The notes beneath the pieces are model-generated. The model was not told the DNA's origin. It worked only from the letters and a program-made list of their open reading frames with translations, and did not search any database. DNA of 64,000 nucleotides from Felis catus (lineage: Eukaryota): assembly GCF_018350175.1 (NCBI RefSeq), contig NC_058368.1, positions 41,790,001-41,854,000 of the forward strand, written 5' to 3'. Position 1 is the first letter of the stretch; every line of letters begins with the position of its first letter. The position numbers and the translations under genes are program-made. Positions 38,477-51,910 of the stretch are shown one piece after another.

Positions 38477-40274
38477 TAAAGTTGTTCAGAATTTGCAGGG
38501 TAAGAGGCATGGGGCTAAATCTATGTAAACTTCTACAAGATCTTAGCAATGCTTAGAATTATACTAGTCAATCTTTACTTTTAATTACTCTACTGAAAAG
38601 TGAAGAAATAGATACCTGGAAACTTCATCAATGATACCTGCAGTTATACCTAAAAGCAATACATACAATCTCAGTTCATTTGCTAAAGAAATAATGTCTT
38701 TGCACAGGATGGTCAAACCATAACAAATGGAATGCTAGTATCAGTGCAGAACAACTCTTTTGCATAATTTGAATGAAAAATTCAAAATCTAAAGTTCTAT
38801 TATGTTCATCATTTTATGGTACTTGCTGTTAGACACAAAAGAATAGTGAATATTGCACTACATATCTTGTTTGAATATATGTCACTAGTAAACCAATAAA
38901 ACTTCATCTCTCTTCCTGCCTAAAGAGCTTTGTGAAAGACATTACAGATAAAGACCATTAAAGCTGGACGATTTTGGTCACAGTGAACTTTTTATTCCCA
39001 ATGCCTTCTGAAGTTATAACATTTAATGGTGCAGCAGTCTCAGCGACTTCCTTTCGCACTAATGTGTAACTTAGTTTCCGATGGCTTGTCACTAATAAAA
39101 GCAAGAATCCAACAAACCACAGCTAGTAAATAACAAGTTTATTTTTTTAATTTTCCAATCTAATCAAAGACCTTTTGTCCATTTATTTGGGAAGACAATC
39201 CATCCCAATGGCCTCAGAGCTTAACCTATTTTCAGAAAATGGGGGGAAAAAGATTTGCCTATGAATGTGCCTTTGTTTCACAAAAGTGCTCTTAAAAAAT
39301 TCTCCTAAGGCATAAATTATGTCTTAGGAGTTGAGGAGGTAGCTGAAATGTATATGTTCAGGTTACTAGGATTATCTAGCATAGCATTTTACATGTATAT
39401 GTGCAGGCCAAACTTTTGGGGAAATAGTTTTATACAAAATCCTTCCTGTTAGAATAACTAGTGTTTATTATAAATTAGACGCATTTGGACATCTGTGGGT
39501 GGTATACCAAAGGAAAAAAAAAAGTTATCCTACTAGAAGTTTGGTAAATACACTCTTGGTTGAACAGACAGGGGTGACTTCTGAAGTTCATTAAGAATTC
39601 TAATCCCTATCAAATCTCATCAGCAGCAAGAAATGAAGACATCCATCCAAAATGTAATTAATGAAAGCTAAGTTATAGTCTAATTAATTATAAACATGTC
39701 CATCATAATGTAATGCTGTAATGACAGAAGCTGATCAGTACTGATAGCCATGATAGAAAATGGAGAGGTAGGAGCAAAATGTTTCTTGGTTTATACTAAA
39801 TACTGATTATGGAAGAAAGTGATCAAATTGGCCGCGTGGACACTAGTCTGTTTAGTAGGTAATAGGACAGTGATTCTTTCTTTCTATTCAACTCATTGCA
39901 TTAATGAAAAAGAAAAAAAATATTGCCTGCCAGAAGCAGAGAATTGGGGTTCTGCATGTTAATGCAGTCTGAGGAGAATAGTAAACAGCATAGTTCTATT
40001 TATCTTTTTTCAACCATAGATTCAGTAGAATATATGAGCCATAAGTATATTCTCTGAACTTAAAGCACATCTAGAGAGAATACCTCCACTGAAGTGGTTA
40101 CTATTTAAATAGTCCTTTAATTTATTCAAGCATCTATTTTAATATATTGTATTTTCCAGATTACCGCTTGACCTTTGAACAGTACAAATTTAGGTTTACA
40201 TTGATACTGTTCGTAAACATGGGGAAAATTACACCATGTAATGTTGAAAACTCACTCACTGAAACCACTATTCA

Positions 40275-40315
40275 TTATTATTATTATTATTATTACTATT
40301 ATTATCATTGTTATT
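40275..40315 (+). repeat. (TTA)n microsatellite, degenerate
   Basis: Directly visible. Confidence 0.85.
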
Positions 40316-43300
40316 TTTAAGAGTAAATATGTGGAAACTAAATGTACCAGTGGAGTTCCACATTAAAAACAATTCTTTAACATGATTTATAATTAGAGCA
40401 TTTTATCACAGAATCTTACATAGCATGATTACTGTCTAGTTTATCTATTGTATAAATTCTGATATCATATATTTACTTTGAAGTCAGTGAGCTATGTGCT
40501 GTCATTTTTATGGCATACAGACATATGGAAAAATGAAAAAGGGAACAGGTTTCAGTGACAATGCCAACATCAGAAAATTGGACACTGTTGCTTTGAAAAG
40601 ATTAACAAAATATTTTTTTACGTAAATAGAAAAAAAACACTTGTAAAGGTACTAATTTTCTAAATTACTAATGTATGCCATGAATCTGTGAAAAATAATT
40701 GTTTAATATAGATGGTAAATACTTCTGAATACAAAGCTTTATCACTATCGTAACAGTTAAGTCCTAATGCATAATCCTTGATTATCTATAGTACCTCTTG
40801 CCTGCACATTCATTGGCAAAATGAAGCTTTTTTAGTTACTTGACTTGTTTGCTATTATATCTCTTTTATTTGCCTACAAATGAATGTCTTTTCAAATCCA
40901 TCTAATCTCATGTATGGGAAACTAGCAGCTCACTGGTTTACATAGATTCATGTTTTGTATGAATTCCAGATAGGAAAGTTTGTTCTTGTCATAGTTGTAA
41001 ATTGGAAGTCAGGAGCCCAGGAATAAAATCTGGGTAACTGCCCCATTTCCATTTGAGTTGCATCCTCACAGAATGGCTTCCTTTATCTATTAAAAATTTT
41101 GAGAATGTAAAATATACCTTTCCTAGCCACTTTTTTTTTTTAAGTGTGGTTCATTGAGGATTGAATGAACCTAATCTTATAAAGAAGCCCATCAACCAAG
41201 TTTGGGAGACTTTGGCATCGAGTATTCTACTTCACAGGTGTTTTTCATGGTAAGCTCAGTCATCACCAAGGGGGATCACCCTCAGTAAATGTGTTTTTTT
41301 GATGATGATGACAGAAAATGAGCCAAGCTCAGTAAAAATGGCAATACATATAAAGAATACAACTGGAGAACTAGCATTATATATTTTGAGGTAATCAAAC
41401 ATTATTAAGTAAACTTGAAAGCTAAAGCTTGATAATTTTCTCTCTTCTTTATTGTAAAAATATTTGTATTCAAAACATTATTTGGCTATAAGTAGTAGCA
41501 TTTTAGCTATCCCATTTTTGCTGATATTTTGAAAAAGTTCAGTGGAAGTTTTGTATATGAATCTCCATATTAGATGGTGGATCATGTTTGTCTACAATCT
41601 TTTTTAAATATCTGATTTCATTCTGTATAACCCAATGCATAAAAGATACAGAAAAATCACAATCAGTGAATCTATAAATGTCATAAAATTTTATCTTAAA
41701 TTAATAATAACCATATTAGAAATATTAACAAAGGTCATAAGGAACAATACATGTCCTTGCACAACCTTTATACAAAAATTGTTAAACTTTTTACTGTAAG
41801 CTTGACTTATAGCCCCATGAAACTAGATCAAGGTCTTGGCAAGGGACTATACAGAATGGATGTAAAACTGTAGCACTCTGAACTCCCTCAGGACAGACCT
41901 TGGAACTGTGTCATCTTTTTATTGACAAACATTAGTCTGCAAATGTAGTGAAATGTAAAAGACAGTAGAGTGCTAATACACATTTCAGGAAAGTTAATCT
42001 TTTTATCCTCAGCTGCCTCCTCGGCCAAGTAGAGAAAAAAAAAATTACTACTATAGAGTTATGATAAAGATTGAAATTTATATTTATATATATCAACTGG
42101 ATAGATGCTGAGTGACTGAATGCATGTACGAGATATCTAGGGTTAATGGGCTTATATCATTCCCAGATAGTCTTTCTTCCTTTTCATCAATTGTGTTATT
42201 AAATTCAGCTCTTGTCTTACCAATCACTTCAAGTCAATAAAAATGGAGTATTAGCTCAGACCTGACAGCAATTAACATATCAATCTTTTTAAGATATGCC
42301 TCAACATTTAAAGAAAGTTAAATTTGTGAAAAATATATCTATACATAAAAATAACTAAACATTTGGTGGATTCATAGCCACATTTTCATTGTGTACAATC
42401 GGATATAAAATAAAGAAGAGAGGGAAGAGAACTTTAGTTTTATTGTAGCATGCATATGATTAAATTAGTTCTAGCACACGCAGTTTTACAATGGTGACCT
42501 GAAATAAGAAAGAATGCACACTGTGTCCTATTTGCTTTGTGGCAAAATATGTTTATACAGTAAAATTTATTCTGATACAACTGCAATTTAGCAAAATATA
42601 AGATTACACTCAGACCATAGATAAATAAAGCATTTAAAGAATGACACATCTGAGGAAAGCAAAAGGGATTAATAAGAATGTACACAAAAGAATTCGGTGC
42701 ATGGGGAGAAACAAGCCAATGTCATTTCCTGAAGAAGCAGCAGTACAAATAGGAGTGGGGGTGGGAGAAATTATGTAATACGCAATGATGACTATGTGAA
42801 CCACAAAAATCTCCTGGTGTGACTTGATTTTTGATTTTTCATTTCCTTTTTCGCTTTTTTTTTGTTTTTTTTTTGTTTTGCACCCACAGTAGGTAAGAAA
42901 AATAGACCCCCCAAATTTTTTTTTAATACAGAACATTTTTGCCAGAATAAATATGTTACAAAGGAGGTTTGGAGGATACAAAACATGGAGCCTGAAGAGT
43001 GCAAACTGAAGAGCTCCCTCAGAGGGATCTGAACTCGGTCTATAAATATCTTCAAGGTAACCGTGTGACTAAGGGAAGGACATCATTCATATGTCAAAAG
43101 ATATAAGGACACAGAACAATGGACTGTAGCTAAAGAGAAGGGGAAAAAAAAACTTTTGCTGGTTATTTTTAAAGTTCTTAAGACTGAGGTCAACTGGTTT
43201 GAATCACTAGCAGACAAGCTCACAGCAATGATTGCTGTTGATAGTCAAGGACATTTTGTTAAAGGTACTAGCACAGATCGTGAAGTTAGCATGTTAGAAT

Positions 43301-44511
43301 CCAGATCATCCTTAGCATTACAGGGCTTATTCAGAGGAATGCAAATACCAGTGAGGCAAATCAAATGTACCTTCATCAACTCATCCTCCTCACCATGAGG
43401 TAAGTGTGCCTCAGAGGATAAATAACATTCCTAGAAACTGTACTTGTGTATGTAGATGGGCACAAATCCAGACTCGTTGGCCATTATACATTCTGTTTCT
43501 AGTCCGAGTTACTTCTCTGCTTCAAAAATAGCTTATTTTTTCCTACTTCTAAAAATAATACATGTTTACTACAAACATTTAGAGAAATAAAGATTATTCT
43601 TAATTCAACCACACAATGACAGGTACTGTAAGTATTCTGGTTTATATTCACCTATATTAACGACAGACAAACTTGTACTTTTTTTTTTAAAAAAATGGGA
43701 TCATAGTATCAGGGCATATTTCGACATCAATAAATAAAATAAATTTGGGTCAGAATAACAATAGGCTAAGCTAAAAGTAGAGTAAGAAAGAGTGAAACTA
43801 GTCCTCTATTTTCCTCCCAGCTGCAAATCTTGGCTCTGCATAGTGTTCTCTTCAAGGGACAGTGGAGTATGCATTTTTAAAGATGTTAAATTCTTCCAGT
43901 GAGGGAGTAACAGTATATTCATTCATTCATTCAGCAAACATGTACATGTACAGGAAAAGACATTGGCCCTGTGTTAGTAGCCAGGCAACAACAACATGGT
44001 GACAGGGTCCTGCCATCAAGGGTTTCTCTCTGATTCCTTACCCTGCTATTGCCTCTGGGATAACAATAAACATTTTTGATTCATTTTATCACCGACACAT
44101 AGCAGAGTCTTGGAATGTTGCTAAATGAACTGGAGGGAGCTATACGTGTAAACAGTCATTTAAAATATGATGTGGTAAGTATTACAGTTTTAGACCGACT
44201 CAAAGTGAGACACAGGCACAAAAGTTCTGGGGTGTAGGCATAAAAAAAAAAAAAAAAAAACCTCCTCTCAAAGTTCAGGAGAAATTTGAACTGTTAATTC
44301 CCAAGTCATAAGGAGACTGGATGCAGCAATTCACAAATTCACAAATAAATTTGCAAGTCTACAGTTTAGCAATAAGGCATACTTGAATAATGTCAGTTTG
44401 AACACTTTGCTTAAATAAAACTGCAATATCTGTACATCTTACCAATTACGCCTTCTGAAGAAATGTGGTGATAGTGTATGTATGTCGGTCTGAGGAAAGG
44501 GGAAGAATAAG

Positions 44512-44720
44512 TTTTATAGGTTTATTTATCCATTTGAGAGAAACAAGACAGCATGAGTGGGGGAGGGGTATAGAGAGAGGGGGAGAGAGAGAATCCCAAG
44601 CAGGCTCCACACTGCCAGCACAGAGCCCGACATAGGGCTCAAACTCATGGAACTCGAGATCATGACCTGAGCTGAAACCAAGAGTCAGACACTCAACCGA
44701 CTGAGCTACCAAAATGCCCC
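44512..44720 (-). mobile_element. Can-SINE
   Basis: Body ending GAGCTACCAAAATGCCCC; AGAATAA(G/T)TTTT on both sides. Confidence 0.93.
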
Positions 44721-44844
44721 AGAATAATTTTTTATTCAGCTCAAATCTGCATCTATAATTGTGCATAAATTCCTATTACTACACATCCTTATTCAAAGAA
44801 GAAAAATTTGAGGCTTTTTTTTGACTCATAACAAGACGATTTAA

Positions 44845-45065
44845 AATGTATTCAGCATCTTCTATGTGTAAGGAACAATACAAAGTACTCTCTATATGCT
44901 AATTTAATTAGCATATCAATGCTATAAGTATTAATATTTACATTTTATAAAAAGGCAACTAAAATTCAAACAGGCTAAACAGATTGATCAAGATAACAAA
45001 GCTAGCAAATGGTAGAGAAGAGACCAAAACTCAAAGAAATCTGTTTTTATTCCACTATGCTGTTT
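44845..45065 (-). mobile_element. MIR (antisense), degenerate
   Basis: CATTTTATAAAAAGGCAACTAAAATTCAAACAGGCTAAA...CAAGATAACAAAGCTAGCAAATGGTAGAG core pattern. Confidence 0.65.
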
Positions 45066-48000
45066 GGTCCTATTCAAACTGTTCAGTGTTTATGTCTATT
45101 TATCAATGATATAGTTTGTTAGAATTGTAAGTCCATAAAGGACATGCAGCATATCTAATATTAATAGATCTTCTTAAGGCTCTTACTACGTTACTAATCA
45201 AATATTAGTTTTCTCCTGTATAACATGAATATACAATGGTTTAACAATACATGCTGACTAAAATCTTTAGCAAAATTAAAGTAGAACTAAATTCTACTTT
45301 AATTAGTAGAACTAATTCTACTAAATAAGTAGAACATACTTCATTTCAATATGCTATATTTTGAAACCAAGATACCTACAAACACATTAAGTGATCGCTT
45401 AAAAAGCACCGGTGATATGCAGAGAGACTTTAAAAAGAAAACCTTGCAAAAACATGGGCAATAGCATTGTAATGACTTCTGAGATTTATTAGGGTTTGTG
45501 CTTCATCATGCTCCTTTCTACGCTTTCATAGACTACAGAAACAAGACCAGTGAAATGATAAGCCAATTTGGTCAATGGGCAGATTTCTAAAAATGTTGGT
45601 TTTGATGATTAACAATACTTCTTTGTTACATTCAATTTAGTAATTCTAAATAGTTTCGAGGAATATGCTTCAAATGGCAAGACGTTTTTCTGTTGGTTGT
45701 ATTTTCAAAGATATTAATGGTATAGTTTTCTTCTGTGTGAAATTTCTTTTATATATAGGGAAACATGTTTTATTTAAGCAAATTCTTTTTACTTACTTCT
45801 AAGTAAGTAAGTTCAAGAAAAGTTTGAGTTCAAGAAAATATTAGAAAATAAAGGAGATAATATTTATTAGCCAAATGTTTATATTTAGGTAAACCTTAGC
45901 TACACAGAAGTTTTGAATCAAATGGAATATTATGGCATTGCCAGGTCTAATATGCCCAATGTATCATGAAAATCCAACAGGCCGGTAGAAAATGAGATGA
46001 GAAGGTTGCTTAGAGCTGCCTCTGGGAATTTATGACAACATGATACCTGAGATTGGAGTTAATTTACCTGAGGCAAGTAGAGAATGAAAACTTTCAAAGC
46101 AATAGTAGTCAACTCTTCACAGTTTTTACTCTAACTATAAAAATACGGTTGATGTTCTTAAATAAAATTCCTTTTCATGAAAGCTATTGTTTAGAATTTT
46201 AAAATATGCAATATTTAGTAAAATTAGATGAATTAATGTCTTGTCCTGAAAGGTAAGTTGGACAGAGACCTCTTTAAGTACTAGGATGCAGCAGGAAGAA
46301 AAACGCAGGCTACAAAGGAAAAGACTAATGAATGTGGTGGGAAAACTTATTTTTCATCAATCCTTACAGAAAGCAAAGAAGAGGAAAAGATGGTTGGAGG
46401 AGATGAAAAGATAGAAGAGAAATTCCTACTCTGGGTCCCGCCCTTCTCAGTTGTCAGGACCCTCTCAGTATTAGCGCTCTGTGACCCAATACATGTTCCT
46501 ATCACAGGTGAACGTGGGACGGAAGACATGAGAAAGCAAGGAGGCAGAACTGTAGCTAGTGCTTGGAAAATAAAAATGATAGCTTCAGAATGAGGAAGAA
46601 ATGGTGACTACCATCTAGTCCAAGTAGTTATTTACTAAATAGCACCCCACTGGTCCGTACGAGTTCACACAGCTCCCAATGTGCCTCAATTACTCCCAGG
46701 GCATAGATTGTGCACACCAGGAAAATATGGCTCAATGCCCTTAGGAAGATGTCTAATTTACTACAAGGTAGTAAATTCTGTACTGGGAAAATCCTGTGCA
46801 GTATAAATCATATAAATAACAGTCCTGGGGCCAGAAGAATATTAAAATTCTATTGTTCTTATTAATCTGTGAAATGAAAGGGATGCTTAAGCAGGTAATT
46901 GTCATTTGAAATGGAAGACAAAACAACATATATTTTAATCAACACACTTATTAAATGTCAATTATAATTTTCATCAACTAAATTATATCACACTAACTTG
47001 CAATAGCAAGTTTGCCAAATGTTAATTAAAAGAATAAACGTTAACTATTAGTTTAATTTTAGTGCCTTTGGAGTTTTCACATTTTTGTATTTATGATTAC
47101 TAAGCAATTAATCTTCCCTCACTTTCATCAGATTTTTAAATCTAACTTAACATACAAAAATGCTCTCATAAAAATTACCGTAATTAACACGTAATTGAAA
47201 ATTAATGAGAAACTTATTTTTCAAGCTATTTATCTATTTCATAAACAGATCTAGAGACCAGAGAATAATGCCTATGTGCTAATATGAACAACTCACATGC
47301 TACGGAAACAAATTTTTTCTTGACATACACTTAAACACATGTATGTATTCATATTAAAGTGTATCTCTTAATTGGTTTGTAGGAGTTGAGAACCTGAGCT
47401 ATAATCAGTTGTAATGTTATAATGCTTATTATCCAATACAAAATATCACACTTCATGTATTAATATGCTAGGTATTAAAAATATCATTCAAACCTTGGTT
47501 CCATTCAAATTTGCCCACATTTAAGTTAGGTAAAATATATTTTCTTGTTTTTATATACTCTTAAATTAGAAGGCTCTCTTTTGTAGATGTAATATTAAGT
47601 TGCAGAGCTAGTCAAATAAGCATTTGTCCTAGTAAAAACTGAAGAAAGAGTGTTGATTAGACTTTCACAATTGGATCTTTATTTCAATCATGTTAACTGA
47701 CCTCTTGTTTAGATAATCTTGCTTGAAACCAACAGCATGATCAGATAGATATTATCTATGGTCAAGAGGCAACAATTAATTTTTTAGACCTAAGGGCTAA
47801 ATACAGTAGTGTTGATAGAGTTAGATCCAATGTTACTCTAATTTAAAATGTATATGGACAATAGAAATATATAAAATACAAAATTATCAAGATAGTCTGT
47901 GAAAATGGTTGAAAATTTCAAGAATTGGATCAAATCTGTAATGAAGGCAACTTTATGTGATTCTGATTCATTTTTCCGACAAGATCTTCACATGAATCTC

Positions 48001-48488
48001 CCCAATTCTCTTTAAACTGACAAATATCCAGGGCATTTTATCCGGTATAAGCATTCTGGATTTTACATAGAAAACACAATGTATCAGATAATTTTTGTTC
48101 GTATTCTCAGTCGAATTTCAGTGTTTAGAAGGTAAGTTCAAATGAATTGTCCTTTAAACTTAATCAAAGCAGCTGTGCATTTCTTGGGTTGACATCATAT
48201 GTCACATATTCATTTTTTTGTGTTCCTTTTTCCCTGACTCTAAAGCAAGGTACATTAAAGTGGAAAATTTCTCAGTTTTGTTCACTGTTGCATCATTAGT
48301 AGAATTCAGTGTGTAGCACATAATGGTGATCAATGCTTGTCAACTAGATAAAAGTATGAAGAAAGCCAAGAAAATTGAAATATAGTAGTAAAAACTGCCA
48401 TCATTTTTTAAAAATTCCATGAATTTAGAATATATGTACGTTTTAAAATGGCACTGATATAAAATGAAAATAATGGTCAAATGTTTTA

Positions 48489-48545
48489 TTTTAAATTTTA
48501 TTTTATTTTAGAGAGAGAATGTGAGTAGGCAAGAGGGGTTGGGGG

Positions 48546-48598
<53 letters not shown>

Positions 48599-48724
48599 AA
48601 TCTCAAGCAGGCTCCGTGCTCAGCATAAAACCCGACCCAGGGCTCAATCCAATGACCCTGGGATCACGACCTGAGCCAAAACCAAAAGTCCCACACTCAA
48701 CTGACTGAGTAATCCAGGTGCCCC
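48489..48724 (-). mobile_element. Can-SINE, older, long (AG)n
   Basis: TSD TCAAA(TG/CA)TTTTA on both sides. Confidence 0.92.
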
Positions 48725-48777
48725 TCAAACATTTTAACTTCATTTGTAAGCTATTTTCTAAAGCTAAACTGTAACAC

Positions 48778-49190
48778 AGTCATTCATTCATAAAAACATT
48801 TATGAATATTTCCATGATATGCCAGCCATAATAGTAGGAGTCTATGAATCATATTCTTAGTCTATAAGAAGGAGAGTGACCTATAAAAATAATTCAATAG
48901 TAATGCAAACATGCTACAATGGAGCATGGAAAAAAAAATGTGCTAGGAGAGTCCAAAGAAGGAAATGTCTGACTGCCTAGAAATCAGTATAGGCTACATT
49001 GAAAGTGAGGTTTGATTTAAGACTGAAAGGAGAAATCAGGAATGTGGAAATCACAAGTCAAGAAGGTCATTCTGGGAAGATGACAAAGTGCAAAGGAATT
49101 CATTATATGGGCTGGGAAGACTGCTCATTGTTTAAAAATAAGTTGTATTGCAGGATGTGTTGGGGGGGTAATAGCAAATAAGTTTAGGAA
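48778..49190 (-). mobile_element. Probable L2 3' fragment
   Basis: Begins CATTCATTCATAAAAACATTTATGAATATTTCCATGATATGCCAG, the antisense L2 terminus pattern. Confidence 0.55.
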
Positions 49191-50984
49191 AGTAGCTGGT
49201 AAAATTAATCATTATTTGTGAGTGGAGAATTAAGTAAAACTATAAATTATTGTGCTTTTGACAAAGGAGCTCTGTCTATAACCAGTTCCTTTTAAGTGGA
49301 GATACATTTGGAAAAGGAAAAACAGGATATATGATTACCTAAATATCATGTCCATAGTGGATATTAGTACATTATCTACAGCATATAAATCAGTTATTAA
49401 ATGGAAACTACCAGGGTTTTATCAAAGCTGGTAATTCAATATAAAACTCTTATCATAATATTTGTATTGGTAGTATTCTAATTGCTTTCTTATCACATGA
49501 GCCAAGTCAGAGTAGGGAAATCACTAATATGTTAAAGTGGTGATAATACTTTAAGATGTATTAATAACTTTACGAAGATTAACCCATTTCATGTTCACTC
49601 ACACGTTAAGGCTTTAATGTTATATATAGCAAAGTACTTTCACATAATATTCATTAAAATTGAATTCATTAAGACAAAGCAGAGACTAGAGAGATTATAT
49701 ATTGCCTGAGAATAATGGATGAACTACAAGATGTTTCTGTTTTAATCATTCACAGATATTCACAAAAAGCTGAATAGCTAAGAAGAGAAATCCTGTATTA
49801 GGAGCCCATGATTGAAGGCAGAGGCACACTGGAAGATCCTAATGGAACCAATGTCTGAAGCCAGAAGATGGTTTTCTCTAGTGCTCTCTTTAGTATTATC
49901 GTGGGACCCTTGGATACCAGAGATTCACTCTTCATTCTAATAGCTCACAGATTTGACAGTATTAGGACTGTCAGAAAAGCAACAGTATTATTTTTCAAAG
50001 TAATTTGGGACACAAAAAATCATTGCCTGGTAACCATAATAATAAACCTCATTTTGCTAAATTTCTTATATTTATTTTATGGCTCAGTGTTATTTTAATT
50101 TAAATTACATATGGGGATAGTCATCATAATCTCTGTAGTGTTGGAGACCGTTAGAGGTTTTATCCATTTTTGGTTCCAAAAATAATTCTAGGCCTCCCAG
50201 ATTTGCTTCTGGATTGTTCAATTCAACATCTACATCCTGAACTCTGTTCCTGAACACAGCATGGTATACTAACTTCACCTCTGAGGTCATTCCTTCATAT
50301 CGAGTTGAGTATGGAAACCTAAACTGTGCCTTAATTTCAATTAAACTGTTATAATTCTTGATATAAAGATAGTACAGGCCTAAGTTCCATACCTTTAAAT
50401 TGCTTAAACTCATATATAACATATGATTGTAATCTCTTTTGAAGTGAAAGAAAAATTATAAGAGAGAAAGCTTATAAGCAATTTCCATTCAATGGTGTGT
50501 TAGATTTTTCTTACTGATTTCTTCAAATGAACATTGTTTTCAGAAGCTAAAAATTTTAGGAATGGCAAAACAGTCATAATAAAACATTTTCCTTCCAAGT
50601 TCAGGTGAGAATAGACAATAGGTGATTCTCTTTGGTGTGCAGTAAAGGAATTATGATCAAACATACCAGGTCCCCTGTTACCACTTTCCTCATGATGAGA
50701 AAACTACAATCTGGGATGCAGATCTCACCCTGTGGACAGTTCCTGCATTCTGATCTTGTTAAAAACAAGGGAGAGAAAACACAATGGCACCTTCTCAATT
50801 TTCAAGACATAATTTGAAATTAAACAGAAACAAATAACATTTAGGAGTGGGATTCCCATCACATAAATCAGAACACTTTGTGACTGAAAAAGATGCTTAC
50901 TAACATTAGCCATTGAGGACATATGAATAAAATAACAGTGAAATAGTTTATATGCCAATAGAATGGCCCAAATGAAGAAGACAT

Positions 50985-51119
50985 AAAATACCAAGGAGGA
51001 GAGCATGTAGCACACCCAGAAGTCTTATGCACTGTAGGTGGGAATGTAAACTGGCATTAACAACTTTGGAATGCTGCTTGGTTTGGCAGTATGTGCTAAA
51101 GCTGAAAAACAAACAAACA

Positions 51120-51150
<31 letters not shown>

Positions 51151-51400
51151 CATGTCTTATGCTCCGTAATTCCATTCATATGTATATACCTAAAATAATT
51201 CCACATGTATGTTCACCACAAGACATGTACTAAAAGGGAATTGGAAGGGACCCCTAAGAGAAATTCTGGATGGAGGTTATGTTCTGTTTCTTGATCTGGG
51301 CACTGTTTATGTGGTTGTTTTCAGTTTGTGCAAGTACACTTCTATGTATTTTTATTTAACTATATTATACTTCAACAAAAAGTTTATTTATAAAAAAAAA
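50985..51400 (+). mobile_element. Ancient L1M (L1ME-like) 3' fragments with an embedded (AAT)n
   Basis: GGTGGGAATGTAAACTGG, TTTGGCAGTATGTGCTAAAGCTGAA, TGTTCACCACAAGACATGTAC, ATGTTCTGTTTCTTGATCTGGG, ATTATACTTCAACAAAAAG. Confidence 0.75.
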
Positions 51401-51699
51401 AGAGCATCCTGGCCACTCTTTGACATCAGAAGCAAATTATTTTATCTGAACTGGGCATTCCCACCATGTATCCTATTTATTTAGGCACTAGTAAGGGAAG
51501 GCATGCTAAATAATTGTTGATAGCTTATTTCAATCAGGAAACCATTCTAGGACAAAATGGAAGTCTGGTTAATTATTTACAAAACGATTTTTTTTCCTCC
51601 GGGCATTCATTAAGAAAACTTTCCCATTCTTTACTGTTGGTGGATAGCAGATATGTGACTGATCTGACCAATGCAATGTGTGCATTGTTATTCATCATC

Positions 51700-51910
51700 T
51701 GCAGTCCCAGCCCATAAAATACCACATGAACCTCTTCCATATCTCTCTACTTGTCTAAAAGAGTTAAAGGATTGAGAGAGGAGTCTAAGACCTAGCCAAT
51801 TGTGTAACAACAAAAAAACCTCATCTCAGACTCACTCTGAACAGTGATATAAGAATAAATAAATGGTATTGTGTTTAGTCATTAAGATTTGGGGTTATCA
51901 AAACAGCAAG
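51700..51910 (+). mobile_element. MaLR (MLT1-like) LTR 3' fragment
   Basis: AATAAATGGTATTGTGTTTAGTCATTAAGATTTGGGGTT...CAGCAA resembles MLT1 3' ends. Confidence 0.6.

Noticed and set aside
46755..46777. 10-bp-arm hairpin AATTTACTAC-AAG-GTAGTAAATT
   Set aside because: Single short AT-rich inverted repeat, near chance expectation and with no supporting context
50105..50422. Protein-like 105-aa ORF on the - strand
   Set aside because: No recognisable family; the + strand resembles degenerate MIR/MER5-type repeat sequence; an ORF this long is expected by chance in 64 kb
26386..50754. Frame-compatible - strand exon chain 50754-50729, 50318-50109, 31604-31534, 26454-26386 (IRMQELSTG-FPYSTRYEG...DYPH-GHSGTFNITYG...VLK-DSTEFQDLFRISEFAEIGCPSLP)
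   Set aside because: Several splice sites are weak (poor pyrimidine tracts, TAT|gtaatt donor) and I recognise no protein. It mainly shows that such chains can arise by hand-picking. tBLASTn or RNA-seq could overturn this.
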